Notes: generated by a model from the sequence alone, not told the origin. DNA of 64,000 nt from Planktothrix sp. GU0601_MAG3 (GCA_035193785.1 CP136572.1:672001-736000); one strand, 5' to 3'; shown: positions 13,501 to 25,439, numbered from the stretch's first letter. Program-made: numbers and translations.

Positions 13501-14047
13501 CATTAAAGCGAGAATCAAATCCCCCCACTTGCTGCCAAGATTCTCGCCTAAACATTAAAGAGCTAGGTAAAATTGGAGTTCTTTTTACCCAAGTTTCTAA
13601 GGTTAAATCGGGTAAATCATGCCAAGGTTCAATATCAGAAATTATGTTATTATTTTGATCAATTAAACGCCAGCCACTATTGACAATAGCCATACTTGGA
13701 TCAGCAACAAAACAGGCGACTTGATGGGCTAATTTTTCCGGTAAAAACACATCATCTTGATCCAGTAAAGCAATAAATTCTCCTCTAGCTTCCTGAATTC
13801 CGCGATTTCTCGCGGCTGCAACTCCCTGATTAGATTGAACAATATAACGAATTATAGAGGAGTTCCGGTGTATCTCTAAATAGTGTTGTATAATGTTGGG
13901 TGTATTGTCCGTTGAGCCATCATCAACGATAACAATTTCGTAGTTGGAGTAGGTTTGACATAAAACACTATCAATAGCTTGGCTAAGGTAGCGATCGCCA
14001 TTATAAACCGGAATAATAACACTAACTATGGGAAATGAACTCAACAT
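10535..14047 (-). CDS. Multidomain glycosyltransferase GT2-GT2-GT4
   Basis: Two VSVIIP.YN..DDGS.D domains and a C-terminal DIFILTS..EA..FAIMEAM domain. Confidence 0.93.
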   Translation of the reverse strand: MLSSFPIVSVIIPVYNGDRYLSQAIDSVLCQTYSNYEIVIVDDGSTDNTPNIIQHYLEIHRNSSIIRYIVQSNQGVAAARNRGIQEARGEFIALLDQDDVFLPEKLAHQVACFVADPSMAIVNSGWRLIDQNNNIISDIEPWHDLPDLTLETWVKRTPILPSSLMFRRESWQQVGGFDSRFNGVDDVDFIWRLALQGYAAIWLPEITVNYRQHEQTVSYQKAKERAYLIISLHDYFFSNPNLSDEIRQLEKPARYEAVTWIAWHLYHTNYPQAMAEFLQKSLLYTPYTVAITISDWVHRFMGYCQGYGYELDLEKFYNLPEWKRLITENIPQNKPRVSVIIPAYNCDQYIEQCVKSVLEQTYIYYEVIVIDDGSKDQTQQILKPFFPVIKYIYQDNQGASKARNYGCEIAQGEFLAFLDGDDFFLPQKLAEQVAAFDADSSIDLIQSGWCVVNQKGIGVSVITPWENAPELNLETWVLHKCVRPSAMILRREWWEKVRGFDHRYPPTEDLDFVLRLSLMGCKTVWLKEIHACYRQHDNNLMSGGLKVIKNTEIIMDQFFDHPALPDRISQLRRKESYERWVWLAWRMYRDGYPDLMINCLEKSIEYAFSPLTETISQWLDAFQNIASDYGEKIDTYDLIQSQEWQTVIHKIMNPKLSTQSKPTLTSSPNKPHILLMNTDDPGIGGLAQYDHLILCELAKLGYQVTAVRPQHDNPLVEEEKDLKIKQYWLDYSTSKDLPRILRNTQDAEALYDEIKPDFIIFSDGWPYSHFAAKQVAIQRHIPYMIALGLAIPEHINFTMGDGIPYAKGVLYQYGSSRTFNTAAYEHIQILQDQFGLPKDKGNVVYYGRSEKYFAPPNLATRQRLRQEIGIPKDGIMCLTTARLAPIKGHRFQLEAIAKLKHTSIWEKLYFVWAGTGQGSDHDLESELKQKVQELGVSDRVIFLGQRWDIPDWLDACDIFILTSLAEAAPSFAIMEAMAKGLPIIASAAGGIPEGLGDTGKLLSDPNIDPEKTVNELVQTLQELAVNPLLLSKMGVASKQRAEKLFKEDRMLKQTLEIIETALTSPEEDALINLPLTKTQVKQLNDRLKYASLLWNAWYHYTQGNLSEMVDFLEQSLKYSPFEFVTESVLEWVNDFVRLSNYKNYPLDASTLSQSPEWKYAMERILGIVSR

Positions 14048-14222
14048 AAAAATACAGTTTTAGCTAATCAACCTGTTATTATAAGTCTTATTGGCTTACA
14101 TGATCATTAGTTTCAGAAAAGCGAATTGAGGAGCAATGAAAAAACAGAATCTATCGGGAGAATATAATAATTTTGGAAAACCACCTAAATCCGTGATGTT
14201 ACCCAATTTAGGTGGAAAAAAT

Positions 14223-14414
14223 ATGCAGACCCTGAAACCCGTTAAATGGACTCCGGTTAAACTGATTTTATCTTTGATTTTTGTATTTGGGCCCTACGGT
14301 AGTCTGTTATATGTAGCTAGTGGGATTTCTCAAGTTTTATTGATTTATTTGCTGGCAATTCCTGCTATTGCTGGTTTAGTGTTTTATCTGGTGTACAAAT
14401 TGACTAAAGATTGA
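14223..14414 (+). CDS. Small two-helix membrane protein
   Basis: ATG at 14223 downstream of AGGTGG; two hydrophobic segments. Confidence 0.6.
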   Translation: MQTLKPVKWTPVKLILSLIFVFGPYGSLLYVASGISQVLLIYLLAIPAIAGLVFYLVYKLTKD

Positions 14415-14504
14415 AAATTAGCGGGATAAATGTTAATGGGTTTTGCTTATAATTTATTACATAAAAATCCCATGGCAGCTTCCAGATTAATTTTATAATT
14501 AATT

Positions 14505-17022
14505 ATGACCCAATCAGAGATTATTAAAAAAGCCGAAATTTATATTAAACAAGGTCAATTAGATGAAGCAATTAATATTTGTAAAATTGCCTTGAAAAAC
14601 GATGCGGATTTGGGCGACGCTTATCGATTAATGGGAATCGTAATGCAGTTAAAAGGTAACTACCAACAAGCTGAAAATTATTATAAACAAGTTTTAGTAT
14701 TACAACCTAATCAATCAGAAATATATGCCAATCTGGGTATGATTTATGCTCAGAAGCGACAATGGAAATCCGCTACAGATTATTATCAAATGGCAATAAA
14801 AATTAATCCTAATAATACAAGATTTTATAGGGATTTAGCCAATATTTTTAATACAAATAATCAAACGGAAACTCGCTAACGAATGTCAATATCAAATTTT
14901 AATTAGAGAGCCCGATAAAATCAAACCGGAAGCTCAGTTTAATTTAGGAAATAAATTTTTGGATCATGGCAAAATTGATCAAGCAATTGTTTGCTATCGT
15001 TACGCCATTGAATTTAATCCTAACTTTTATCATCCTTACTGTCAATTAGGGTTGGCTTTAAGTAAAAAAGAGCATTTTGCAGAAGCGATTTTAGCCTATC
15101 AAAAAGCCATTGAATTAAATCCTGATTTTAGCTGGTCATATCAAGGTTTAGGGGAAAATTTCAGTCAGCTACAACGCTGGGAAGAAGCGATTTTAGCCTA
15201 TCAAAAAGCCATTGAATTAAATCCTGGTTTTAGCTGGTCATATCAAGGTTTGGGAGAAAATTTCAGTCAGCTACAACGCTGGGAAGAAGCGATTTTAGCC
15301 TATCAAAAGGCGATAGAATTAAATCCTGATTTTAGCTGGTCTTATTATGGTTTAGGGGAGGCTTACCAGGCGGTTAAACAGGAAAAAAAAGCAGCTTCTA
15401 ATTATCGTCGCTTTATTGCTATTAATCCTAATATTGCAGTAGCTTATTTTAATTTAGGCACAGTTTTAAAAGAATTGAATCAATGGGAAGAAGCCCACAT
15501 TAATTTTAGTAATTGTCTAAACATTGATCCTGATTATCCAGACTTAAATTTTAACTTAGTAGAAGTGCATTGTAATTTAGGAAATTGGGAGGAAGCTATT
15601 AAAATTTATCACGATGGCTTAGAAGAAAATTTAAACTTAGAAATAGTCTATCAAAAATTAGGAACTTATTTACAACAACAAGGAAATATTGAGCAAGCCA
15701 TCGCTTGTTATCAAAATTATATTAAAATCAACCCTGATTCTAACTTCTATCTATTGATTACAGATATTTTAATTAACCAACAAAGATGGGAAGAAGCAAT
15801 TTCTTATTTATTGCAATGGTTAAAACAACACTCGGACGATTTTGATAGTTATGTTAAATTGGGTTTAATTTTAGAAAAAATGGGGCGAAAGTTAGATGGA
15901 GATGGATGTAAATATTTGCAAATTATCCCCCTTGACATACTTGAAAAATACTTAAATTTATCCCCTAATTTACTAATAAATATTCAAGATTATTCCTCGG
16001 CTCAAAAAATACCAATTTATCCCGAAAGTTTGGTGATTTTTAATCCTCCAAACGGCATATTAGGAGAAGCTAATTTTAGATTATTTCCTAACTCTATGCC
16101 ATCCTCAGAAGCGTTTGTTGCAGTCATTCCTAATGGACGAGTATGGGGAGATGCTTTGACATCTGCTGTCATCACTTCAGAGCACCAGTTAATTAAGGAT
16201 TTATCAACGGGTTGTAGTGAGTTAGTAATTAGTCGTGAGCAATTACAAGATCCTTTAGAATTATCAGGAAATGTAGCTTTTTTATCAGCGCAATTCGGAT
16301 TAATTTATTACCATTGGATGTTTGATATTATAGCCCGTTTGCATTTATTAGAAAAAGCCGATTTTGATTTCAATAAAATTGACTGGTTTGTCGTTAACCG
16401 TCACCAATATCCCTATGAAAAAGAGATGCTAAAGCTGTTGAATATTCCTGAACATAAAGTCATTGATAACTGCATTTATCCCCATGTCAAAGGGTCAGTA
16501 TTATTAGTGCCATCTTCCGTTCATTGGAGTCATTTAAACTCTTCAAAATGGGGAGTAAATTTTCTTAGAAATAAGTTCCTTTCCGCTAGTATTAATTCTA
16601 ATAATTATCCTCAGCGAATTTATATAAGTCGCCAAAATGCTAACTGTCGAAAGGTCATCAATGAGTCGGAATTTTTACCCTTTTTAGAAACCTTGGGTTT
16701 TCAAACGGTTTGTTTAGAACATTTACCTTTTCAAGAACAAGTTGGTTATTTTGCTCATGCAGAAATTATTATTGCACCCCATGGGTCAGGATTAACTAAT
16801 TTAATCTTTTGTCGTCCTAATACCAAGATAATTGAATTTTTATTTCCTGAATGGGAGACTTCTTATTATTGGCAACTTTGCAATATAGTTAGCTGTGAAT
16901 ATTACTGTTGTGTCGGTGAACCTGTGGATGAGGTCGAATTAAATTCTATTCCTATTTTTGACAATATAAAAATTAAGTCTTATACTATTATTGAACTTTT
17001 GAAAATGGCAAAGGTTATTTAG
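14505..17022 (+). CDS. TPR-repeat + GT61 (DUF563) protein; frameshift at GAAAC 14868-14872
   Basis: Many TPRs; YYHWMFD, RIYISR, IIAPHGSGLTNLIFC; correction gives NQTELANECQY and joins the ORFs. Confidence 0.88.
15081..15360 (+). repeat. 102-bp intragenic tandem repeat (one TPR unit), ~2.7 copies
   Basis: Near-identical DNA units start at 15081, 15183 and 15285. Confidence 0.9.
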
Positions 17023-17027
17023 TAATT

Positions 17028-18959
17028 ATGAGTTATTTTAACGATAATCATACTCCAAATAATTTACAAATAGCAGAATCCTATTTAACTTCTGCGAATC
17101 AATGTTTAGAACAGGGAAACCCGGAACTAGCCTTATCTTTCTATGGCAAAGCCATTGAATTAAATCCTGATAATGACCAGATTTATTATAAATTAGGTCA
17201 AACTTTCATGCAGTTAGAACGTTATGAAGATGCCACAAATGCCTATTCTAAATCTATTCAAATTAATCCTAATTTTCCTTGGTCTTACAATAGCTTAGGA
17301 GAGGTATTAATTAAATTAGAACGCTGGGAAGAAGCGATTACAGCCTACACTCAATTTATTGAATTTAATCCTGATTTTTGTTGGGCTTATTTTGGTATAG
17401 GGGAGTCTTTATTTTACTTAAACCAGACAGAAAAATCCATTAATTATTATAAAAAAGCAATTGAACTTGAACCTACAAATTGCTGGATTTATATTAAATT
17501 AGGGGATGCTTTTTTGAAATCACAGCAACAAGAAAATGCGATTAAATCTTATTCTAAAGCAATCCAGATTAATCCAAATATAGATTGGTTTTATGGGAAG
17601 TTAGCAGAAGTTTTTTTATCTCAAAATCAGTTAGAAAATGCCATTCAAGTCTACCAAAATGCTATAAATATAAATCCACAAAGCTGGCATTATATAGAGA
17701 TTGGAAAAATTTTAATTCAACAAAAACTATGGGATATTGCTTTAGATTATTTAATTAAAGGATTACAAATAAAGCCGGATTATAATCAAGCCTATGATTA
17801 TATTTCTACCATTTTTAAACAAAAAAATCAACTATTAGATGCCATTCTTTGTGAGGTTCATCATCAATTACCAATTCCTTTAATTCAAAAAATATTTAAT
17901 TTATCCGATGATCATTTTATTAATACTCATACAGAAAAAAATCTCACCAAAATTCCGGTTTATCCGCCTAGCAATATCGAACTTACTCCCCCAAAATTTA
18001 TCGAAGGAAGTCTCAACCCTCACTTTCAATTAACCTCAATTAATTTCCCGGAAACCTTTGTTTCTAGTATCCCCCAAGGTAAAGTTTGGGCGGATACATT
18101 AACCAGTGCTGTTCTCAATTCAGAGAATCAATTAATTACGGATTTATCCACCGGAAGTGCAGCTTTATTAGTTAATTCTCCCCATTTTATTGAGCCACAG
18201 AATATAGGTGGAACAGTGGCATTTTTATCGGTCAAATGGGGGGAAAACTATTATCACTGGATGTTTGATATTATTGCTAGATTTGGTTTATTATTACGGC
18301 ATTTTTTAATTGAAGAAATTGATTATTTTGTAGTAAATCGCTACCAATTAAACTATGAATATGAAACATTGCAACTATTAAATATTCCCCCAGAAAAAAT
18401 TATTGAAAGTTGCAAAAATCCAGCTTTAAAAGCAGATAAAATTTTAATTCCTTCCTATTCTTATATAACTTCCAGAACACCTAAATGGGCTTGTGATTTC
18501 TTAAAAAGTTTATGTCTAAATTCTCAAGACAACCCAGGATTATTTCCTTTAGAAAGAGTTTATTTAAGTCGCAGTAACGCATCCTATCGTCAGGTATCTA
18601 ATGAAGCAGAAGTCATCTTATTTTTACAGCAATTTGGGTTTACAGCTTTGAGTTTAGAAACTTTATCAGTTAGACAACAAGCCTATTATATGGCTCATAC
18701 CAAAGTCATTATTTCCCCCCATGGAGCCGCGTTAACTAATTTGGTTTTTTGTTCCCCAGGAACTCAGGTGATTGAGTTTTTAATGCTAAATTGGACGCTA
18801 TCTTGTTATTGGGAATTAAGTAATATTGTGGGTTGTGATTATTACTGCTTATTTTGTGAATCGGCTAATCCCAATTGCTCCCCTACGGATGGGTCTCAAA
18901 ATATTAAGGTCAATTTGGATTCTCTTTTAAAATTAATGCAATGGGCTGGAGTTGTTTAG
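17028..18959 (+). CDS. TPR-repeat + GT61 (DUF563) protein
   Basis: TPRs; NYYHWMFD, RVYLSR, IISPHGAALTNLVFC. Confidence 0.9.
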   Translation: MSYFNDNHTPNNLQIAESYLTSANQCLEQGNPELALSFYGKAIELNPDNDQIYYKLGQTFMQLERYEDATNAYSKSIQINPNFPWSYNSLGEVLIKLERWEEAITAYTQFIEFNPDFCWAYFGIGESLFYLNQTEKSINYYKKAIELEPTNCWIYIKLGDAFLKSQQQENAIKSYSKAIQINPNIDWFYGKLAEVFLSQNQLENAIQVYQNAININPQSWHYIEIGKILIQQKLWDIALDYLIKGLQIKPDYNQAYDYISTIFKQKNQLLDAILCEVHHQLPIPLIQKIFNLSDDHFINTHTEKNLTKIPVYPPSNIELTPPKFIEGSLNPHFQLTSINFPETFVSSIPQGKVWADTLTSAVLNSENQLITDLSTGSAALLVNSPHFIEPQNIGGTVAFLSVKWGENYYHWMFDIIARFGLLLRHFLIEEIDYFVVNRYQLNYEYETLQLLNIPPEKIIESCKNPALKADKILIPSYSYITSRTPKWACDFLKSLCLNSQDNPGLFPLERVYLSRSNASYRQVSNEAEVILFLQQFGFTALSLETLSVRQQAYYMAHTKVIISPHGAALTNLVFCSPGTQVIEFLMLNWTLSCYWELSNIVGCDYYCLFCESANPNCSPTDGSQNIKVNLDSLLKLMQWAGVV

Positions 18960-19046
18960 GGATGGGGTTCAATTTTCCTGCTTTTGGGAGATTTGACTAA
19001 TAACCAATTAAAATAATCTGAAATAGGGTTAAAACCGTAAAAAATT

Positions 19047-19524
19047 ATGATTAAATCTTGGATGGTCATTGGAGGAGTGGCATTTTTAGTCGCCCTAGCC
19101 AATAATATTCTATTAACTTCTGATGATATCCGATGGTTTAATCGTTTAACCCGTCCCCGTTGGTTAACCTTTGAAAGAGCAATTCCTTTAATTTGGATAA
19201 TCGTTTTTATCGCCGGGGCTTGGTCAGCAATTTTAGTCTGGGAAGCCGAAACCCGGAATATCCCAAACCTGGGTATTAATGGGATTTTACCTATTAGTAG
19301 AATTAGTGATTTTGTCCTATACCCCGGTCATGTGTAAAGCCAAAAGTTTACAGGTCGGAACAATATTAGGAGGGACAGGTTTTATTTTAGGTTTGATGTT
19401 AATGGTGAGCGTTTGGCCAGTGTCTCAAACCGCAGCCTATTTACTCCTCCCGTTTGTCCTCTGGAGTCCCATTGGAACCTACACCACCTGGGCCATGATC
19501 CCCCTAAATCCCCTAGATACTTAA
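19047..19524 (+). CDS. tspO: Tryptophan-rich sensory protein TspO/MBR; frameshift at 19248-19252
   Basis: WFNRLTRPRWLTFE, LLPFVLWSPIG; correction gives EAEPGISQTWVLMG. Confidence 0.85.
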
Positions 19525-19530
19525 AAAATC

Positions 19531-19567
19531 ATCAGCCACCCAATTGCTGCAATTACGGGTGGCTGAT
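19531..19567. terminator. Hairpin between convergent tspO and infB
   Basis: ATCAGCCACCC...GGGTGGCTGAT inverted repeat. Confidence 0.65.
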
Positions 19568-19617
19568 GAGAAATAGGGGTTAACATTCCCCCATTATTGG
19601 GTGCGCTTTTGCTCCGT

Positions 19618-22600
19618 TCAAGACAGAGACAAAGTACGACGTTTAGTGGTCATCCGATAGGCTTCGATGATATCGCCCATCGCCCAGTCGTTGAAGTTAT
19701 CCAAGGCAATACCGCACTCGTAACCGGCGTTAACTTCCTTAGCATCCTCTTTCATCCGTTTCAGGGAGTCGAGGCCACCTTCGTGAATCACCTCATTTTT
19801 CCGGCGGACTCGGATTTTACAGTTCCGAATCACTTTACCCGAGAGCACATAACAACCAGCAATTGTATTGCGTCCGACGGGGAAGATAGCCCGGACTTCC
19901 ACTTGACCCAGATGTTCCTCCACCAGTTCCGGCTCTAATAAGCCTTCCATGGCAGCTTGGACGTCATCTAAGAGGTTGTAAATGATGTTGTAGTCTCGGA
20001 TATCAACTCCCGCGCGATCGGCCGCTTGGCGAGCGCCATGGGCTAAGGTGGTGTTGAATCCAAGTAAGACCGCATTACTGGCCGCGGCTAAGTCAATATC
20101 CGTTTCCGTAATTTCACCCGGGGCGGCTAACAGCAGTTGCAGTTCGACTTCTTTTTGAGGCAGTTTCTTCAGGGCTCCAACGATCGCTTCCACAGACCCT
20201 TGAACATCTCCCTTCAGGATCAAGTTCAGTTCTTTCAACTCACCCTGTTGAGCACGCGCTGAGAATTCACTCAGACTGATCCGACCCTTGATTAAACGGG
20301 TTTCCCGTTTCGTTTCTGCCCGTTTAGTGGCCAAGGCCGAGGCTTCTTTTTCATTTTCAAAGACCTCAAACTCATCACCAGCGGCGGGGACATCCCGCAG
20401 ACCTAAGACCTCAACGGCAAAGGAAGGACTGGCGTTCTCCACCCGATCGCCTCGGTCATCCACCATCGCCCGGACTTTACCCAGGACGGAAACCCGCCAC
20501 CACGATATCTCCCACCCGCAGAGTACCATTTTGTACCAACAGGGTAGCCACCGGGCCCCGGGACTTGTCGAGGTGAGCTTCAATAATTGTGCCTTTCGCT
20601 GCTCGGTCGGGGTTGGCATAGAGATCTTCCACCTCCGCCACCAATAGAATCATTTCTAGGAGGGTATCGAGGTTTTCTCCCCTAATCGCACTCACCGGAA
20701 CCATAATCGTGTCACCGCCCCATTCCTCGGGAACCAGGGCAAATTCCGTTAGCTCCTGTTTCACCCGATCGGGTTGGGCACCTTCCTTATCAATTTTGTT
20801 GATAGCAATGATCATCGGGACTCCCGCAGCCTTGGCGTGACTGATGGCCTCAATGGTTTGGGGTTGGACACCATCATCGGCGGCCACCACCAGAATTGCC
20901 ACGTCCGTAACTCGGGCACCCCGGGCACGCATGGCGGTAAAGGCTTCGTGACCCGGAGTATCCAGGAAGACCACCTGCTGGGTTTTACCCTCATGTTCCA
21001 TATCGACATGATAGGCCCCGATGTGTTGGGTGATGCCTCCAGCCTCTCCCTGAGCCACTTTGGTTTCGCGGATCGCATCCAGGAGGGTAGTTTTCCCGTG
21101 ATCGACGTGACCCATGATCGTAACCACCGGGGGACGCCGTTGCAGATGCTCCAGATCCTCGGCGTTGAGCATATTATCGGGCTTGATAGCACCGGATTTT
21201 AGTTTTTCGTTTTCAACTTCAACGTCGAGATCTTGACAAATTAACAGAATTGTGTTGTAGTCGAGGGTTTCAGTAATATTAACTGCAATTCCCTGGGAAA
21301 ACAGGCGTTTGATAATTTCCGTTTCCGGCAAGATTAAGGCGGAAGCCAGTTCCTGAACAGTCATCGGCCCAGGTACGATCACTTTCTCCGGGCGTTCTGC
21401 CTTGGGTTTGGCCTCTGTCCGGCGCGTATTGCCGCCGCCGCCAGAACCAGAACCCCGACTGGGGGCGGGTTTTTTCGGTCTAGCCGTTGTCGCCGCCACA
21501 CCCTGTCCCGGGCTGGCTTTCGGTTTGGGGGGACGGGCTAGGGAGACGCTGATCATGGCGTTGTTGGCATTTAGCAGAGACAACGCATTCAGTTCATCGT
21601 CGTCGTCCTCGTCTAAGGAGGGTTTGGCCCGTCGTTTGGCCTTGAGTTTGGCTGCCTTGGTTTTAGCGGTATCTACAACTTCTTCTTCTTCCTCCTCCCA
21701 TGCTGGCCCTCGTTTTCCAGTGCGGGGGGGATTGGGCCGGGTCAGGGTAACTGCCCGTTTTGGCCGTTTGATCAAATCATCGGTGGTGGCTAAGGGTTCC
21801 TCCTCCGCGCCTTCGGTCGATTCTCCATCCTCATCAATCGCTTGAGCCGCTGGCTTACGCGATGGAGGTGGCTGCAAATCAGAAACTGGGCGAGGTCTGG
21901 GACTGCCAATTTCTTTGCGAGGCGGTCTTCGGCCTTCTGAATCTTTTTCTTTCCCTTCCGGGGCAGGTTGTTGAGATTTAGGAGTCGGTTTTTCAGGAGA
22001 GTCCGGTTTAGACTTTGACTCAACGGGTTTAGGCGTCGGTTTACTTGTCTTTAAAACGGGCTTATTTTTAGAAATGGGCGCTGGCTCCGTGCTCACACTG
22101 ACACTCACGGGAACTGGCTCTGCTGGTCTAACGGGTGGGGGAGACAGAGGTGCGGGTTCCGATAGGGATGAATCAATCTGTTCAGATGTTTCTATTTCCC
22201 CGACAGAAGACCCCATGGTCATCTCCTTGGTTTCTGGGGCAACCTTCTCGGCCGTTATCGGGGAAGATTCCGTTTCCGCTTGAGCCGGAGTAGTTGCTTT
22301 TGATAATACAGGTCGATTTAACGTGGGTTTCACAGGCGCTTTTGAAGAAACAAGTGATTTTGGTGGGGTAGCAACGGAAGCTGATCCGGAGGAACTCGCC
22401 TCATCGTAGGGGGGGGAGGAATCGAAGCTCGGCCGAATTTTGGGCTTCTGGATCTCTAAAATTTCTTGCCTTTTTTTGTCGCTAGGTGCCGTCGCCGACA
22501 ATTTCCCATTGGGTTGCGATCCCGGTGCTTTTGCTTCAAGCTGACCCGGGTTTCGGATGAGTGGCGACGTATTTTTCAATGCGTTCTTTATCTGATTCTG

Positions 22601-22721
22601 AAATCGTGCTACTGTGGCTTTTAACCGAAATATTGAGCCGTTCGCACACCGCTAAGATGTCCTTGTTATCCAAATTAAGTTCCCGTGATAGTTCGTAAAT
22701 TCTGACTTTGGCGTTGTTCAT
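19618..22721 (-). CDS. infB: Translation initiation factor IF-2; frameshifts at 22550-22554 and 20489-20493
   Basis: [12 protein letters not shown]-terminus, [24 protein letters not shown]; three ORFs join. Confidence 0.97.
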
Positions 22722-23148
22722 CCACTGACCCCTCTTCTTACCTACCCATGGTTTGATGTTTACATAGTTCGATTTACTCTTACAACAGTAACCCGCACGT
22801 TTTAAATAACGATATCATCTGCCCTGGTTATTTAAGTGTCAAGGATGCAGATGTAAGGTCTGCTTTGACAGTTCTTAATTTTATTTTAATTTTTGGTGAA
22901 ATTAAATTCCTCAAATCTTCAGTCTTGTCCTTATCAAGTTAGCAGATATTAACCGGATGGTGAAGAATAATCAATTAAGTTACTCAGTCTACTTCATTTT
23001 GCTTCAACTTAGACCTCCTCGTCCTCTATCTGGGGAGTAGGGTTGCTAACCGAATTAAAATATATAATTGATAAACTCTAAACCTTCGGCTACCTGGCAA
23101 TTGTTCCCACCCCTCCCTCGTTCCTAGGACATGGGGATCAATTTCAGG

Positions 23149-23391
23149 TTAGTCCAAACGTTGCCATAGGCCTTGATAAACTTCCTCTGACACCGATATT
23201 CGGAGTGCGTGTCCCAGTCGATTTTTTTTCTGAGCCACCTTCAAACAATCTGGGTTAGGGCAAAGATAGGCCGAACGACCCATGCCTTGATCCAATTGTA
23301 CCCGATGTGATGGATGGAGCCTGACAAATCGCCAGAAGCTTTCTTTTTCTCCCAATTGGCGACAAGCCACACAACGACGCTGATTTTTCAT
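23149..23391 (-). CDS. ylxR: YlxR/DUF448 family RNA-binding protein
   Basis: RRCVACR...GRSAYLCP, located between nusA and infB. Confidence 0.9.
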   Translation of the reverse strand: MKNQRRCVACRQLGEKESFWRFVRLHPSHRVQLDQGMGRSAYLCPNPDCLKVAQKKNRLGHALRISVSEEVYQGLWQRLD

Positions 23392-23393
23392 AG

Positions 23394-23583
23394 GTTCACA
23401 GTTAGCAGTTAGCAGTTCACAGTTAGCAGTTAGCAGTCAGCAGTTAGCATTTTACTACTCCCCCTGCCCCCCTGCTCCCCCTGCTCCCCTGCCCCCCTGC
23501 TCCCCTACTCCCCCTGCTCCCCTACTCCCCCTGCTCCCCCTGCCCCCCTACTCCCCCTGCTCCCCTGCTCCCCTCCTCCTCCT
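23394..23583. repeat. Short tandem repeats: (GTTAGCA/GTTCACA)n followed by (CTCCCC[C]TG/A)n
   Basis: Directly visible between nusA and ylxR. Confidence 0.9.
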
Positions 23584-24805
23584 ACTCCTCCTCCCCAAAT
23601 TCATCATAATTGCGATCGTTGATCGCCTCCTGACGTTCAAATTCTTCGGCAATTTTTTGGTCTTCGGCGGCGGCATCATATTTAGCCGTATCCTTAATAT
23701 CAATTTTCCATCCCGTCAACCGAGCAGCGAGACGAACATTTTGCCCCTCCTTACCAATAGCCAAACTTAACTGATCTTCAGGAACCAGAATATGGGCGCG
23801 ACGTTCTTCAGGATTGACTAAACGCACCTCATCAACTTTGGCTGGACTCAGGGCATTGGCAATATAGGTGGCTGGGTCAGGAGACCAGCGAATCACGTCG
23901 ATTTTCTCGCCCCGCAGTTCGTTGACCACCACTTGAATCCGTGACCCCCTAGCCCCAATACAGGCCCCCACGGGATCAACATCTCGATCCAAGGTATCTA
24001 CTGCTATTTTAGTCCGGGGCCCCACATGACGGGAGGGGGGATTGGCTTCCCGGGCTACGGCCACAATTCGCACCACTTCATCCTCAATTTCTGGGACTTC
24101 ATTGGCAAAGAGATATACGACTAACCCGGCGTCAGCCCTGGATACTAATAACTGGGGCCCCCGTTGGGAACCTTGGGAGACTTTTTTCAAATAGACCCGG
24201 AAGGTGGCATTGGCGCGGTAGTTATCATTGGGTAGTTGTTCCCGTTTCGAGAGTTCCGCTTCTACACTGGTGCGACCGAAACCACTGGCCACTTCCATAA
24301 TCACCGACTGGCGTTCAAATCGCAGGACTTTGGCTTGCAGCACAGTCCCTTCAAGTTCTTTGAACTCCTCCTGGATCATTTTGCGCTGCTTATCCCGCAG
24401 TTTTTGAGCTAAAACCTGTTTAGTTTGGATCGCCGCCATCCGGCCAAATTCCCCTTGATCCGGGGTGACATCTAGGGTGACGGTATCCCCTAATTGGGCT
24501 TCGGGGGCGACTTCTCGCACGTCTTTTAGGGCAATTTGATGATCTTGGTTGCTAACTTGTTCAACAATTGTGAGGTTTTTGGCTAAGACTCGAAATCCTT
24601 CTTCATCGACATCGAGTTCGACATCAAAATTATCAAAATAATCTTCACTAAATTGGGTCTGAATTTCGATGGTACGACGATACCGTTCATAACCTTTTAA
24701 TAGGGCTTCTCGTAGGGCTTCTTCTACCGCCTGTTTGGGTAAATTCCGCTCTTGAGAAATACCATTAATCATATCTTGCAAACCGGGCAAACTCACCATT
24801 GACAT
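23582..24805 (-). CDS. nusA: Transcription termination factor NusA
   Basis: FGRMAAIQTKQV, DPVGACIGARGSRI, LSLAIGKEGQNVRLAARLTGWKIDI. Confidence 0.98.
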   Translation of the reverse strand: MSMVSLPGLQDMINGISQERNLPKQAVEEALREALLKGYERYRRTIEIQTQFSEDYFDNFDVELDVDEEGFRVLAKNLTIVEQVSNQDHQIALKDVREVAPEAQLGDTVTLDVTPDQGEFGRMAAIQTKQVLAQKLRDKQRKMIQEEFKELEGTVLQAKVLRFERQSVIMEVASGFGRTSVEAELSKREQLPNDNYRANATFRVYLKKVSQGSQRGPQLLVSRADAGLVVYLFANEVPEIEDEVVRIVAVAREANPPSRHVGPRTKIAVDTLDRDVDPVGACIGARGSRIQVVVNELRGEKIDVIRWSPDPATYIANALSPAKVDEVRLVNPEERRAHILVPEDQLSLAIGKEGQNVRLAARLTGWKIDIKDTAKYDAAAEDQKIAEEFERQEAINDRNYDEFGEEE

Positions 24806-24897
24806 GGTTTTTATCCTCTAAACTTTAATTTTTGTTGATCACACAGATGAATTTTTCAAAGGAAAATTGGAGAAGCACACCGCCGGGGGTAAAACCT

Positions 24898-25365
24898 TTA
24901 CTCCTCCACACTTTCATCAAATAACACTTCCGTAATTAATTCCCGGGGAATAGCCAGTTGTCGTCCTTTTTGGCTTAAATAAACCGCCTTTTCATCCCGA
25001 CTCACCAGTGTTCCCCGTTGTTGAGAATGACCTTTGTAGGGTTCTGATGTTTTAACAATAATGGAAAATCCTTTGAATGAAACAAATTCTCGATCGCTGG
25101 TTAAAGATTCCGAAATTCCGGGGCTGGAAATCTCCAACACATAGGCATCGGGAATAATATTGCTGGTCTCCAATTCTTCATCCAAGGCCCGACTCATCCG
25201 TTCACAATCTTCCAATCCGATATCCTGACTGGGGTTGCGGATATTTACACGCAGCACAGGAGGTTTCTGATTGGTGTAAAAGGTTGCCCCCACCACTTCC
25301 AGTCCCAATGTTTGGGCGATGGGGGTGGCGATGTCGAGAATTTTGGGGATCAGAGGATGAGCCAT
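24898..25365 (-). CDS. rimP: Ribosome maturation factor RimP
   Basis: [18 protein letters not shown]; directly upstream of nusA. Confidence 0.95.
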   Translation of the reverse strand: MAHPLIPKILDIATPIAQTLGLEVVGATFYTNQKPPVLRVNIRNPSQDIGLEDCERMSRALDEELETSNIIPDAYVLEISSPGISESLTSDREFVSFKGFSIIVKTSEPYKGHSQQRGTLVSRDEKAVYLSQKGRQLAIPRELITEVLFDESVEE

Positions 25366-25415
25366 AGTTGACGTGAATGCTAGAGTCTACAGGGGTTATG
25401 AGCTTAACTGCCATT

Positions 25416-25439
25416 AAAAAAGTGGGTCAATCCCACTCC
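25416..25439 (-). promoter_or_regulatory. rimP leader hairpin/attenuator
   Basis: Minus strand GGAGTGGG-ATTGA-CCCACTTTTTT ~50 nt before rimP; matches the conserved rimP leader. Confidence 0.75.

Noticed and set aside
19597..22283. Antisense and alternate-frame ORFs within infB (similar ones in psbD, rne, sbcC)
   Set aside because: Shadow ORFs of GC-richer conserved genes with no recognisable motifs.
21400..22540. Long Pro/Ser/Lys-rich insert in IF-2 as a novelty
   Set aside because: Extended low-complexity N-terminal linkers are normal in cyanobacterial IF-2.
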